DNA of 24,912 nucleotides from an uncultured Bacilli bacterium (GCA_947631895.1 CANRMU010000001.1:1-24912); one strand, 5' to 3'. Positions 1-9,755 are shown, numbered from the stretch's first letter. A program made the numbers and translations. Notes: a model not told the origin generated them from the sequence alone.

Positions 1-1367
1 TCTTTCATTACTTGACCAACAAAGTAATCAAATAAATTAGTTTTACCATTTTTATATTGACTTATTTGGGCTTCACTGCGTTCCATAATTTCATTAACTA
101 TTTTTTGTAATTCTTCTTCATTACTTATCTGAGCCATTCCACTATTGATATATGAATTAGGTTCTTTCTTTTCAGTACAAGCCTTATAAAATATTTCTTT
201 AGCTTGTTTAGAAGAAATTGTTTTTTTAAGAAGAGCATCAATAATTTGTTTTAATAACTTTGGTGTAATATAAAATTCTTTTAAAGGAATCTCTTCATGA
301 TTAATTTCTCCTAAAACTTGCGTAGTTAACCAATTAGATGCGGTTTTAGGAGTAATACCTAACTCTAAACATTCTTCATAATAATCAACATAAGATTTAT
401 CTTTAATAATAACTGAAGCATCATAATCAGATAAGCCATATTCATTAACATACTTTTCTTTACATTCTAGTGGTAAAAGCGGAATTTCTTTTCTAATTTC
501 TTCCAACCATTCTTCACTAATTTTGTATTTAGGAATATTTGGGTCAACAAAATATTTATAGTCAATAGCATCAACTTTACTCCGCATATGAATTGTTGTA
601 CCACTTTCTTCATCCCAACGTCTTGTTTCTTGCACTACTTCATCATATTTACCATCATCTTTTAATTTAGATTGTCTTTCAATTTCATATAAAATAGCAT
701 CATGTACTCCACCAAAAGAGTTAACATTTTTAATTTCGACTTTTGTTCCTAATTCAGTAGCATCTTCTTCCATTATAGAAACATTAACATCACATCTAAT
801 TTGACCTTTTTTGGTATCGCCTTCCGAAACATCACAAAATTGATAAATACTTCGCATAGTCTCTAAAAAAGCAACAGCTTCATCAGCACTAGAAAGACAA
901 GGCTCAGTTACAAGTTCTAGTAAAGGAACTCCTGCGCGGTTATAATCAATACAAGATGTCCCAAAATAATGGTCAAGACTTGCTGCATCTTCTTCTAGAT
1001 GAATATCATGAATATAAACCGGAACCATCTTGCCATTACATTCAATATCAATATGGCCATTAATTCCAACTGGACTTTCCATTTGAGTTATTTGGTAACC
1101 CTTAGGTAAATCAGGATAATAATAGTTTTTACGGTCAAAATACATATATTTTGGTTGCTCACAATTTAAAACCATACTCATTTTTAAAGCATCTTTAACA
1201 CACTTTTTATTAACAACTGGTAAAGTTCCTGGAAATCCCATATCAACAGGTCTGACATTTTCATTAGGAATTTGATTGTAGCTATTTTTAGCACTGGAAA
1301 AAACTTTAGAGTTACTTTTTAATTCACAATGCATTTCTAGTCCAATAACGGCTTTATACTTACTCAT
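1..1367 (-). CDS. gatB: Asp/Glu-tRNA amidotransferase subunit B, partial (3' end lies outside the window)
   Basis: Translated by hand from ATG at 1367: MSKYKAVIGLEMHCELK...FDRKNYYYPDLPKGYQITQ... and still open at the window edge (...FDYFVGQVMK); overlaps the gatA stop as ATGAGTAA. Confidence 0.97.
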   Translation of the reverse strand, partial: MSKYKAVIGLEMHCELKSNSKVFSSAKNSYNQIPNENVRPVDMGFPGTLPVVNKKCVKDALKMSMVLNCEQPKYMYFDRKNYYYPDLPKGYQITQMESPVGINGHIDIECNGKMVPVYIHDIHLEEDAASLDHYFGTSCIDYNRAGVPLLELVTEPCLSSADEAVAFLETMRSIYQFCDVSEGDTKKGQIRCDVNVSIMEEDATELGTKVEIKNVNSFGGVHDAILYEIERQSKLKDDGKYDEVVQETRRWDEESGTTIHMRSKVDAIDYKYFVDPNIPKYKISEEWLEEIRKEIPLLPLECKEKYVNEYGLSDYDASVIIKDKSYVDYYEECLELGITPKTASNWLTTQVLGEINHEEIPLKEFYITPKLLKQIIDALLKKTISSKQAKEIFYKACTEKKEPNSYINSGMAQISNEEELQKIVNEIMERSEAQISQYKNGKTNLFDYFVGQVMK

Positions 1368-2823
1368 GTTCCACCTCTTTTGCTATTTGACCTTTATAGT
1401 CCATCATACTCTCTAAATGGGCTGCTAGATTAATCACTAATTCATCATTATAACAATTACCCGTAATATTAACTCCAACAGGTAAATCATTTACAAAACC
1501 ATTTGGAATGGTAATTGATGGAAATCCTCCAAAGTTCCCAATTTGTAAATGTTCATCTAAAGCTTCAGTTCCTTGATGAATCATTTCTACTTTACCATCA
1601 AGCATTGGGGCAGGGCCAAGACCAACTGGTAAAATAACTGCATCATATTTTTCATAAATACTCTTCCAAGCATCAACAAGTAATCTTCTTACTCTTTGAG
1701 CATTTTTAAAATAACGTTCTTGATTTTCTTTTTGTAAAACATATGAACCAATAACAAAACGTCTTTTAATTAATGGTGAAAAGCCTTTAGTTCGATGATC
1801 CATCATCATTTCATCCCATTTATCACCACTACCTCTTTTACCAAAGATAATACCCGTCATATTTGATAAATTACTTGTTGCCTCCGCACAAGAAATAACA
1901 ACATAAACACTAGCTAAAGCATCTAATAAAGTTTTATCAACACTTACTTCTTCAACTTCTAAACCCATTTTTTTACAAATTTCTAAAGTTTTTTGAAAGT
2001 TTTCTAAATGACTTTTTAATTCTTCACTAGCATTTGGATAATTATCAATATTAACTAATTCTTTAATATAACAGATTTTTTTAGCCATTAATTCTTTATT
2101 TGTTGCTTCTTCTAAATGAATATCTTTTGAATCCCAAGAAGTCATATCATTTGGGTCAATTCCTTTCATGCGGTCTACTACAATTGCGGCATCAAGAACA
2201 CTTCTTGTTAAAACTCCACAATGATCAAGACTTGATGCAAAAGCAAACAATCCATAACGGCTAATCATTCCATAAGTTGGTTTATAGCCTACTATTCCAC
2301 AATAAGCAGCTGGTTTTCTAATAGAATCCCCTGTATCACTACCTAAAGCATAAGGATATACTCCACTTGCTACAGCTGCCGCAGAACCTGATGATGATCC
2401 CGCACAAGTTCTTCTTAAATCCCAAGGATTTTTAATAATTCCTGTATGAGCAGTTGTTCCCGTACCACCCATACCAAATTCATCCATAGCTGTTTTATTT
2501 ACCATTACGGCTCCACATTTTTTTAAATTTTTCACTGCCGTTGCGGTATAAAAAGGTACATAATCACATAAAGTATTAGATGAACCCGTACTTAAAACGC
2601 CTTTAGTAGAATAATTATCTTTAACTCCAAAAGGAATACTTGCTAGAATATCATCACTTGAAACTTCATTTTTAGCATCATCTAAAATAGTTACAAAAGC
2701 ATTACATTTATCTTCTATTTCATGACTTTTTGCTAAAGATTCTTTAATTAATTCTTCACTTGTAACTTCATTATTTTTTAAAGCTTCATGTATTTCTTTA
2801 AGGCTTTTATCCATATAACTCAT
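1360..2823 (-). CDS. gatA: Asp/Glu-tRNA amidotransferase subunit A (amidase signature family)
   Basis: GVKDN, GSSSGSAAAV and GSDTGDSIRKPAAYCG amidase motifs; lies between gatC and gatB. Confidence 0.96.
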   Translation of the reverse strand: MSYMDKSLKEIHEALKNNEVTSEELIKESLAKSHEIEDKCNAFVTILDDAKNEVSSDDILASIPFGVKDNYSTKGVLSTGSSNTLCDYVPFYTATAVKNLKKCGAVMVNKTAMDEFGMGGTGTTAHTGIIKNPWDLRRTCAGSSSGSAAAVASGVYPYALGSDTGDSIRKPAAYCGIVGYKPTYGMISRYGLFAFASSLDHCGVLTRSVLDAAIVVDRMKGIDPNDMTSWDSKDIHLEEATNKELMAKKICYIKELVNIDNYPNASEELKSHLENFQKTLEICKKMGLEVEEVSVDKTLLDALASVYVVISCAEATSNLSNMTGIIFGKRGSGDKWDEMMMDHRTKGFSPLIKRRFVIGSYVLQKENQERYFKNAQRVRRLLVDAWKSIYEKYDAVILPVGLGPAPMLDGKVEMIHQGTEALDEHLQIGNFGGFPSITIPNGFVNDLPVGVNITGNCYNDELVINLAAHLESMMDYKGQIAKEVEHE

Positions 2824-3119
2824 TATCCCACCACCTTAACTACTTCGATTTCTCTTCCATCTGTAAAGTCAGCATTAGAAAGTAAATCTTCAATTGGTAC
2901 TGAATCGCCTGCTTCATCTTCTCTTAGACTGCCTTCAAAATCATCTAAAGCATGAGTCATTGGTTCCACTTTATCAATATCTGGAATATTGTTAATTAAA
3001 TTAATGGTATCATCAATATAATCAAATTCCTCTAAAACCATTTTATTTTCTTCATCTGTTAACTTTATTAATAGTTTTTCAGCATAATCTTCAACCATTT
3101 CTTTAGTAAATTTACTCAT
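2823..3119 (-). CDS. gatC: Asp/Glu-tRNA amidotransferase subunit C
   Basis: ~98-aa acidic protein (VEPMTH, LRED, LLSNA); position before gatA; likely start is ATG 3119 after RBS AAGGAAG, overlapping the aspS stop; TAATG overlap with gatA. Confidence 0.9.
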   Translation of the reverse strand: MSKFTKEMVEDYAEKLLIKLTDEENKMVLEEFDYIDDTINLINNIPDIDKVEPMTHALDDFEGSLREDEAGDSVPIEDLLSNADFTDGREIEVVKVVG

Positions 3120-4878
3120 TATCATCTTCCTTTACTATTTTAATTCCTAATTCTTCTAATTGTGACTCACTTACAACACTTGGCGCTTCACTCATCATAT
3201 CACTAGCACTTTGCGTTTTAGGAAATGCGATAACATCTTTAATATTATCCGTACCACTTAAAAGCATTGTAAAACGTTCTAGACCAATTGCCAAACCAGC
3301 ATGAGGAGGTGCCCCATATTTAAATGCTTCAATAAAGAATCCAAAACGATTTTTAATGTCTTCTTCACTTAACTCTAAAGCATCAAAGACAATTTTTTGC
3401 ATTTCACTATTATGAATACGAACAGAACCTCCACCTAATTCATAACCATTAAGGACAATATCATAAGCAATACTTAAAACATCTTTTTTATTAGTTTTTA
3501 ACATTTCAAGATCACTTGGCATGGTAAATGGATGATGCATCGCTTTATATCTTCCTTCAGACTCTGAGTATTCAAACATTGGAAAATCAACTACCCATAA
3601 GAAATTAAATTGGTCTTTAGGAATTAAATTTAATTCATTAGCAATTTTTAATCTTAAAGCTCCAAGAGAATCATAAACAACTTTTGGTTTGTCAGCCACA
3701 ATTAAGATTAAATCATTATTAGTAATATTTAGTTTTTCCTTCATCTTAGCTAATTTTTCATCTTCTAAGTTTTTAGCAATTACTCCATTAAAAGTATCAT
3801 TATCATACTTTAACCAAGCAAGTCCTTTAGCCCCATAAATTTTAACAAAATCAGTTAAATGTTCAACATCACTTCTTGAATATTTATCGCCATTATTTTT
3901 GACAACTAAACATTTAACAATTCCTCCATTATCAATAACGTTTGCAAAAACATTCATTTTTGTTCCACGTAAAATTTCCGTTAAGTCATTTAATTCCATT
4001 GCAAATCTCGTATCTGGTTTATCACTACCAAAACGATCCATTGCTTCTTGATAGCTTATTCTTGGAAAATCTTCTAAATTTAAATTTTTAACTTTTTTTA
4101 CAACATGTTTAATTAACTTTTCTACTAAAGTAATAATATCTTCTTGATTTGCAAAACTCATTTCAATATCTATTTGAGTAAATTCTGGTTGTCTATCGGC
4201 TCTTAAATCTTCATCTCTAAAACATCTTGCTATTTGATAATATTTTTCAAAACCACCAATCATTAATAATTGTTTAAATATTTGAGGGCTTTGTGGTAAA
4301 GCATAAAAAGAACCTTTATTAACTCTTGATGGAACAATATAATCTCTTGCCCCTTCTGGCGTTGATTTACACAAAATTGGTGTTTCAATTTCTAAAAATT
4401 CTTCATTATTTAAAAATTCTCTTACGGAAGAAGTTATTTGATGTCTCATTTTAATTGTTTGTTGTAATTTTTCTCTTCTTAAATCTAAATAACGATATTT
4501 TAAACCAACATTTTCATTAATCTCTTTATTATCATAAATATTAAAAGGTACAACATCACTTTTACTTAAAATTTCAATATGTTCACACATTAATTCAATT
4601 TCCCCAGTTGGAATATTAGGATTAATCATATCATCGGTTCTCTTAATTAATTTACCATCTACTTTAATACAATATTCATTTTTTAAATCTTCAGCAATGG
4701 CAAAATCATCTTTTAAAAAACTACGATTAAATACTACTTGACATATTCCTGAACGGTCTCTTAAATCAACGAATATAACGCCACCCATATCTCTTCTTTT
4801 ATTTACCCATCCATATAAGGTTAATTCTTTATCTACATCTTTTGTAGTTAGTAATCCATTATTAATTGTTTTCATCAT
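3112..4878 (-). CDS. aspS: Aspartate--tRNA ligase
   Basis: RRDMGGVIFVDLRD, LRYRYLDLRR-like segment, STPEGARDY, LPQSPQIFKQLLM, RCFRDEDLRADRQPEFTQID, GAPPHAGLAIGLER. Confidence 0.98.
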   Translation of the reverse strand: MMKTINNGLLTTKDVDKELTLYGWVNKRRDMGGVIFVDLRDRSGICQVVFNRSFLKDDFAIAEDLKNEYCIKVDGKLIKRTDDMINPNIPTGEIELMCEHIEILSKSDVVPFNIYDNKEINENVGLKYRYLDLRREKLQQTIKMRHQITSSVREFLNNEEFLEIETPILCKSTPEGARDYIVPSRVNKGSFYALPQSPQIFKQLLMIGGFEKYYQIARCFRDEDLRADRQPEFTQIDIEMSFANQEDIITLVEKLIKHVVKKVKNLNLEDFPRISYQEAMDRFGSDKPDTRFAMELNDLTEILRGTKMNVFANVIDNGGIVKCLVVKNNGDKYSRSDVEHLTDFVKIYGAKGLAWLKYDNDTFNGVIAKNLEDEKLAKMKEKLNITNNDLILIVADKPKVVYDSLGALRLKIANELNLIPKDQFNFLWVVDFPMFEYSESEGRYKAMHHPFTMPSDLEMLKTNKKDVLSIAYDIVLNGYELGGGSVRIHNSEMQKIVFDALELSEEDIKNRFGFFIEAFKYGAPPHAGLAIGLERFTMLLSGTDNIKDVIAFPKTQSASDMMSEAPSVVSESQLEELGIKIVKEDDNE

Positions 4879-4889
4879 TATCCTCTTTT

Positions 4890-6254
4890 CTAAAATTCAC
4901 AATTGTTTGGTGTTCTAGGATAAGCAATTACATCTCTAATATTATCCACACCGGTTAAATAAATTAATAATCTTTCAAAGCCCATTCCAAAACCAGAATG
5001 AACACATGTTCCATAACGTCTTAAATTTAAATACCAATACATAGATTCTTCATCCATTTTTAATTCGTCCATCCGACTCTTTAATTTTTGATAGTCTTCT
5101 TCTCTTTGACTACCACCCATTAATTCCCCAGCACTTGGTACAATTAAATCTACAGCAGCCACCGTTTTACCATCATCATTTTGTTTCATATAAAATGCCT
5201 TAATATCTTTAGGCCAATTAGTAATAAAAACTGGTCCATTAAAATAATTAGTTAGATATTTTTCATGTTCTTTAGCAATATCTTCCCCATAATTAGGTTC
5301 AAATTCCCATTTTTCATGAGCATTCTTTAAAAGCGTTATAACTTCTTCATGAGTAATTCTTGTAAATTTACTATTAATTAAATCTTCTAATTTTTTAATT
5401 AAACCTGGTTCTTGAAATTTCTCTAAAAATTCTAATTCATCATGACATTTTTCTAATACATCTTTAACAATATATTTTAAAAATTCTTCTTCAATATTCA
5501 TTAACTCATCTAAATTGCAAAAAGCTATTTCTGGTTCAATCATCCAAAATTCTGAAGCATGAACTTTAGTATTAGAATTTTCTGCTCTAAAAGTTGGTCC
5601 AAAAGTATAAACTTTACTAAAAGCCATCGCAAAAGTTTCAGCCTGTAATTGTCCTGAAACCGTAAGTCCTGCTTTTTTACCAAAAAAATCATTCTTATAA
5701 TCAATTTTTTTAACTTTATCTAATGGTAAGGTTGTTACCTGAAACATTTCCCCTGCTCCTTCACAATCACTTGCTGTTATTATTGGCGCATGAAAATAAA
5801 CATACCCATTATTTTGAAAATATTCATGAATAGCCATACTAGCAACACTTCTAATTCTAAATATTGCTTGATATAAATTAGCCCTTGGTCTTAAATACGC
5901 AATAGACCTTAAAAATTCTTTAGTATGTCTTTTGGGTTGTAACGGATAATCCATTGGACAATCTCCTAATAAAGTTATTTCTTTAGCAACTAATTCAATT
6001 TCTTGATTTTTACCTTCACTTTTCTTAAGAATTCCAACAACATTTAATGCAGCCCCATTCTTTAAAGTAGTAATTTTATCAAAATCTTTTAAATCTTTAT
6101 TATAAACAATTTGTAAATGTTTAAAAGTTGTCCCATCTGAAAAATCAATAAACCCAAATTCTTTTTGAGGGCGATGATTTCTAATCCAACCATTTACTAT
6201 AACTTCTTTATCAATTAATTCTTCATAATTACTCCAAATATTCTTTAAATCCAT
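4890..6254 (-). CDS. asnS: Asparagine--tRNA ligase
   Basis: YPLQPKRHTKEFLR, LTVSGQLQAE, TFGPTFRAENSNT, EFWMIEPE, HSGFGMGFERL, YPRTP. Confidence 0.98.
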   Translation of the reverse strand: MDLKNIWSNYEELIDKEVIVNGWIRNHRPQKEFGFIDFSDGTTFKHLQIVYNKDLKDFDKITTLKNGAALNVVGILKKSEGKNQEIELVAKEITLLGDCPMDYPLQPKRHTKEFLRSIAYLRPRANLYQAIFRIRSVASMAIHEYFQNNGYVYFHAPIITASDCEGAGEMFQVTTLPLDKVKKIDYKNDFFGKKAGLTVSGQLQAETFAMAFSKVYTFGPTFRAENSNTKVHASEFWMIEPEIAFCNLDELMNIEEEFLKYIVKDVLEKCHDELEFLEKFQEPGLIKKLEDLINSKFTRITHEEVITLLKNAHEKWEFEPNYGEDIAKEHEKYLTNYFNGPVFITNWPKDIKAFYMKQNDDGKTVAAVDLIVPSAGELMGGSQREEDYQKLKSRMDELKMDEESMYWYLNLRRYGTCVHSGFGMGFERLLIYLTGVDNIRDVIAYPRTPNNCEF

Positions 6255-6267
6255 TTTAATCTTTCCT

Positions 6268-6475
6268 TTCTAAAAATAATAAAAGCCTAGATTACGTAAG
6301 GACGAAAAATATCCGCGGTGCCACCTTACTTCACCTAAGCTCTTTCTTTTTTTATCACATAAAATGCGTTCTTAAATTTATGAAAGTTGTCTTTCCAAAA
6401 GATTTCTTAAAAGCATTTTCACCAACTAGCTTTTCTCTTATCTAAGAAATGTCTTTTTTACTTTTCTTTCTTTAA
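6268..6475 (-). ncRNA. T-box riboswitch leader of the asnS-aspS-gatCAB operon
   Basis: Minus strand shows the Stem I AGUA/GAA loop-E motif, AGAGA bulge and GGUGAAA distal loop, the T-box AAGUAAGG-UGGCACC-GCG able to pair with downstream CGU-CCUUA (antiterminator), then a weak hairpin and U-rich tract; boundaries approximate. Confidence 0.92.
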
Positions 6476-6487
6476 GAAGTTAATAAT

Positions 6488-6516
6488 ATTTTAAGACTAT
6501 TTTAAACTTTAGTCAA
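6488..6516 (-). promoter_or_regulatory. sigmaA promoter of the T-box leader
   Basis: TTGACT (6516-6511)-17 bp-TAAAAT (6493-6488) just upstream of Stem I. Confidence 0.8.
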
Positions 6517-6591
6517 TAAAAATTTAACCTCCCAAATACCAAAAAATAAAGAATTTTTGACAAATATTCTGTCAATATTAATTTTTATTTT

Positions 6592-6620
6592 TTGACAATA
6601 AATAATTTATTATGTATCGT
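6592..6620 (+). promoter_or_regulatory. Putative sigmaA promoter of the orphan membrane-protein gene
   Basis: TTGACA (6592-6597)-17 bp-TATCGT (6615-6620); favours the start at 6639 over 6612. Confidence 0.5.
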
Positions 6621-6638
6621 TATATTAAGGTGATTATC

Positions 6639-7505
6639 ATGAAAAAAACTTTTAAAATAATATGTATTATCATTTCAACTATAATAGTATTATTATGTTC
6701 CACTACAAACATATTAACATCTAATACTGGTGGTGTATCTCTAACTTTATTTGAAAGCTTTTATGTTTATTTAGTTTTAATAGCCATCTCTTTATATCGG
6801 ATATTAAAAAATAAAAGTGCTAATATCTTTTTAATTATTTCTTTATTTTCTTATTTATACACTTATTATTTAGCTAATCAAATGATTAATATCTTAACTG
6901 ATATTAAAATTACTTTTGAACCAACTTATTATATTTATTTTAGTTCAGCAATTTTTATTATTATATCTTTATTTTTAAATGAACAAAAATCTCAAAATAA
7001 TTCTTCATCAAATCAAAATGAAAATATAGATAATAAAAATTTATTTTTTACTAATTTTGTAATGGGTCTTAAAGAAATTCCTTTTAATACTACTATTTTA
7101 TTAGTAAATGATTCTATAAATAATTTTCTAAGTCTTAATTATAGTCTAGATAATATTAATACTAAAAGAATTATATTACCTATTAATACAATTAAAAATT
7201 TAACTTTTACAAAAAAAGTAAAACTAAACAATATTTCTAAAACAACCGAAGATCATCAAACCAAAAGCTTATTATTATCTGTAGCTATGTTTGGCGGACA
7301 TCCTATCATGCAAATGCTTGGTAATCAAGAATTTAATAGTTTATTTGATGCTGTAAGCAATAATTATGATAAAGTAAAATGTGATAATTTTTATGAAATA
7401 ATTTTAGAAACTACTTTAAATAATGAAGATGTCAAACTAGTTTTTAATACTGATAATAATCCTGAAATATTTATTAATTCCATAAAAAATAGAACCATTA
7501 TATAA
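6639..7505 (+). CDS. Hypothetical membrane protein (about 4 N-terminal hydrophobic segments, Asn-rich linker, soluble C-terminal domain)
   Basis: ORF track 6612..7505; RBS AAGGTGA precedes ATG 6639 (MKKTFK); no recognised family motif. Confidence 0.75.
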   Translation: MKKTFKIICIIISTIIVLLCSTTNILTSNTGGVSLTLFESFYVYLVLIAISLYRILKNKSANIFLIISLFSYLYTYYLANQMINILTDIKITFEPTYYIYFSSAIFIIISLFLNEQKSQNNSSSNQNENIDNKNLFFTNFVMGLKEIPFNTTILLVNDSINNFLSLNYSLDNINTKRIILPINTIKNLTFTKKVKLNNISKTTEDHQTKSLLLSVAMFGGHPIMQMLGNQEFNSLFDAVSNNYDKVKCDNFYEIILETTLNNEDVKLVFNTDNNPEIFINSIKNRTII

Positions 7506-7508
7506 GTT

Positions 7509-7904
7509 CTATTTTTTCTTATTATTTTTTAATAAATCACGAATTTCTTGTAATAATAATACTTCATCACTAAAGACAACTTCTTCAACTTTTTCTTCTT
7601 CTTTCTTATGATGAGATAATTTATTAATCATTTTAATTACTGTAAATATACAGAAAGCAATAATTAAGAAATCAACTACATTTTGAATAAATATCCCATA
7701 ACCAATAGTTGCATTACCAATTTTAATTGTTAAATTAGAAAAATCATGTCCACCAATAATCACTCCTACAATTGGCATGATAATATTATCTACTAAACTT
7801 GAAACAATTTTTCCAAATGCACTACCAATGACAACACCAATAGCCATATCTAAAACATTTCCTTTGGCAATAAATTCTTTGAATTCTTTAACAAAATTTT
7901 TCAT
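7509..7904 (-). CDS. mscL: Large-conductance mechanosensitive channel
   Basis: [54 protein letters not shown]. Confidence 0.97.
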   Translation of the reverse strand: MKNFVKEFKEFIAKGNVLDMAIGVVIGSAFGKIVSSLVDNIIMPIVGVIIGGHDFSNLTIKIGNATIGYGIFIQNVVDFLIIAFCIFTVIKMINKLSHHKKEEEKVEEVVFSDEVLLLQEIRDLLKNNKKK

Positions 7905-7917
7905 CTTCTACTCCTCC

Positions 7918-9084
7918 TCACTTATGGCTTATTATATCCCATCCTAAATCTTTTTTAAAGAGAAAAATGAAAAAAGCATGCAAATAACTAAGTAAAAAAA
8001 TAGGATGATAAAAAGCTGTTTTAATAAATAAGGTTTTAGATAACTTTAATTTCTTTTCTTTTAAGAGTAATATAATCGTCATTAAAACAGTCATTAAATA
8101 TAAAATAATTAATGCTAATATTAATGAATTAGTAATCCCAATTAAAATAAAAAATAAACTTCCAAAAAACAAAACTCCTGGAATAATACCTAAACAAAAT
8201 TCCATATTAGAACGTCTATTAACTACATTTTTAAAAGAATTTTTTAACAATAACCAAATATTTTTAAACCAATTAGTCATAAAACCTTTAATCCATCTAC
8301 TTCTCTGTTTAATACTTAATTTATATTCTTTTGGTTGAGTATCATAAAAGATAGCTTTAGGATTATATGTTGTAGATATTTCATTTAAAGTTGCATAAAT
8401 GGAGCATTCATAATCTTCAGTTAAACTATGAAAAGGAAAAGTATGCCATTGTTTAATTAGATTACCATGAATATAAAATCCTGTTCCTGAAAATAACATA
8501 TTGCTTAAGTGTTTCCGACAATTTAAATTACGATATTCATTTACTAATAAAAAAGTTAACCAAGCACTGATACTTATAGCATTATCTTTATTTTTTAAAG
8601 CTCGATACCCAGTAGCCATAGAATAACCTTCCTTATATTTATAAATCATTTGTTTAATAAAATCTTTATCTAAAACATTATCAGCATCAAAAATAAAATA
8701 TAAATCATAATCCTTCTTTTTACTATCTAAATCTTCAATTAATTCTTCTAAAGCATATCCTTTACTTTTTAATTCTAATTTTTTTCTTACAAAAACATTT
8801 ATACCATATTCTTTACCAATTTTAACAGTTTTATCATTATTATTTTCAACAATAACATAAACGTTTTCTTTTTTAATTGGATAAGTTTGTTTAAAAATAG
8901 ATTTTAATAAATCTTCTATTACATCTGCTTCATCTCTAGCTGGTATTAAAATTGCTATATTAGGTTTATTCTTTATATCAGTTTCTAATTTATAATGACT
9001 ATTTTTTCCTAACAAATATTTAATAATCATTAATAATAACCAAATCAAAAGCATACTAAAGCCAATAGCTAACCAACAATTCAT
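7918..9084 (-). CDS. Family 2 glycosyltransferase, membrane-anchored
   Basis: IPARDE, FDADN (DxD), LTED and QRSRW (QxxRW) motifs; hydrophobic N- and C-termini. Confidence 0.9.
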   Translation of the reverse strand: MNCWLAIGFSMLLIWLLLMIIKYLLGKNSHYKLETDIKNKPNIAILIPARDEADVIEDLLKSIFKQTYPIKKENVYVIVENNNDKTVKIGKEYGINVFVRKKLELKSKGYALEELIEDLDSKKKDYDLYFIFDADNVLDKDFIKQMIYKYKEGYSMATGYRALKNKDNAISISAWLTFLLVNEYRNLNCRKHLSNMLFSGTGFYIHGNLIKQWHTFPFHSLTEDYECSIYATLNEISTTYNPKAIFYDTQPKEYKLSIKQRSRWIKGFMTNWFKNIWLLLKNSFKNVVNRRSNMEFCLGIIPGVLFFGSLFFILIGITNSLILALIILYLMTVLMTIILLLKEKKLKLSKTLFIKTAFYHPIFLLSYLHAFFIFLFKKDLGWDIISHK

Positions 9085-9755
9085 CTTTTAACCTCAATAA
9101 CTTTCATATTAGTATAACTTTTCTTTAAAACATCATCAGAAAAATAATTATCAAAAAATTTTCCCACAAAAGTTACAGCCGGATAACCATTTTGTCTAAA
9201 TGATTGTCTTATTACAGCCCCCCAAGATATCGTAAAATCAAATGATAATAATACAATTAAAATATTAGTTAAGATTTTACCAAATTTCACAGGAAAACTC
9301 TCAACTATATTGGAAATAGTAGGATAAAAAAATTTTAATAAAGCTAAAGCCAGTAGGCCCCAAACAATCGCAAAAGGAATTGTTGTTCTACCATTAATAT
9401 TTAATATTTCATTACTATAATCCCAAGATACTGTCCCTAAAAACGTTTCTTGTAAAAAACTTATTAAATATTCAAAACTACCCCCTAATAAAGCTCCTTC
9501 AAGTAAAATTTGCCAATCTTTTTTTTCTTTCCTACCAATAATCCCAATCATTATGATGGCTCCAAAACCATAAATTGGACTAATTGGTCCCCATATAACT
9601 CCTCTTCTTAATTGCCAAACCCATTCATGATGAAAATGATAATGCATAAATAGATTTAAAAGTTCTTCATAATAAGCTCCAAAAACACAGCCAAATAAAA
9701 AGATCCAAAAAAATTTATAGAAACATCTTCCCTTAGCAAACTTTTCTTTATCCAT
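9081..9755 (-). CDS. Putative ABC-transporter-permease-like membrane protein (PF06541/CmpB-like)
   Basis: FWIFLFGCVFG, GPISPIYGFGA, EYLISFLQE, WDYS...NINGR pattern typical of this family; ATGA overlap with the GT2 gene. Confidence 0.75.
   Translation of the reverse strand: MDKEKFAKGRCFYKFFWIFLFGCVFGAYYEELLNLFMHYHFHHEWVWQLRRGVIWGPISPIYGFGAIIMIGIIGRKEKKDWQILLEGALLGGSFEYLISFLQETFLGTVSWDYSNEILNINGRTTIPFAIVWGLLALALLKFFYPTISNIVESFPVKFGKILTNILIVLLSFDFTISWGAVIRQSFRQNGYPAVTFVGKFFDNYFSDDVLKKSYTNMKVIEVKR

Noticed and set aside
4942-4950. Perfect DnaA box TTATCCACA
   Set aside because: Single copy inside asnS coding sequence, no cluster or origin context
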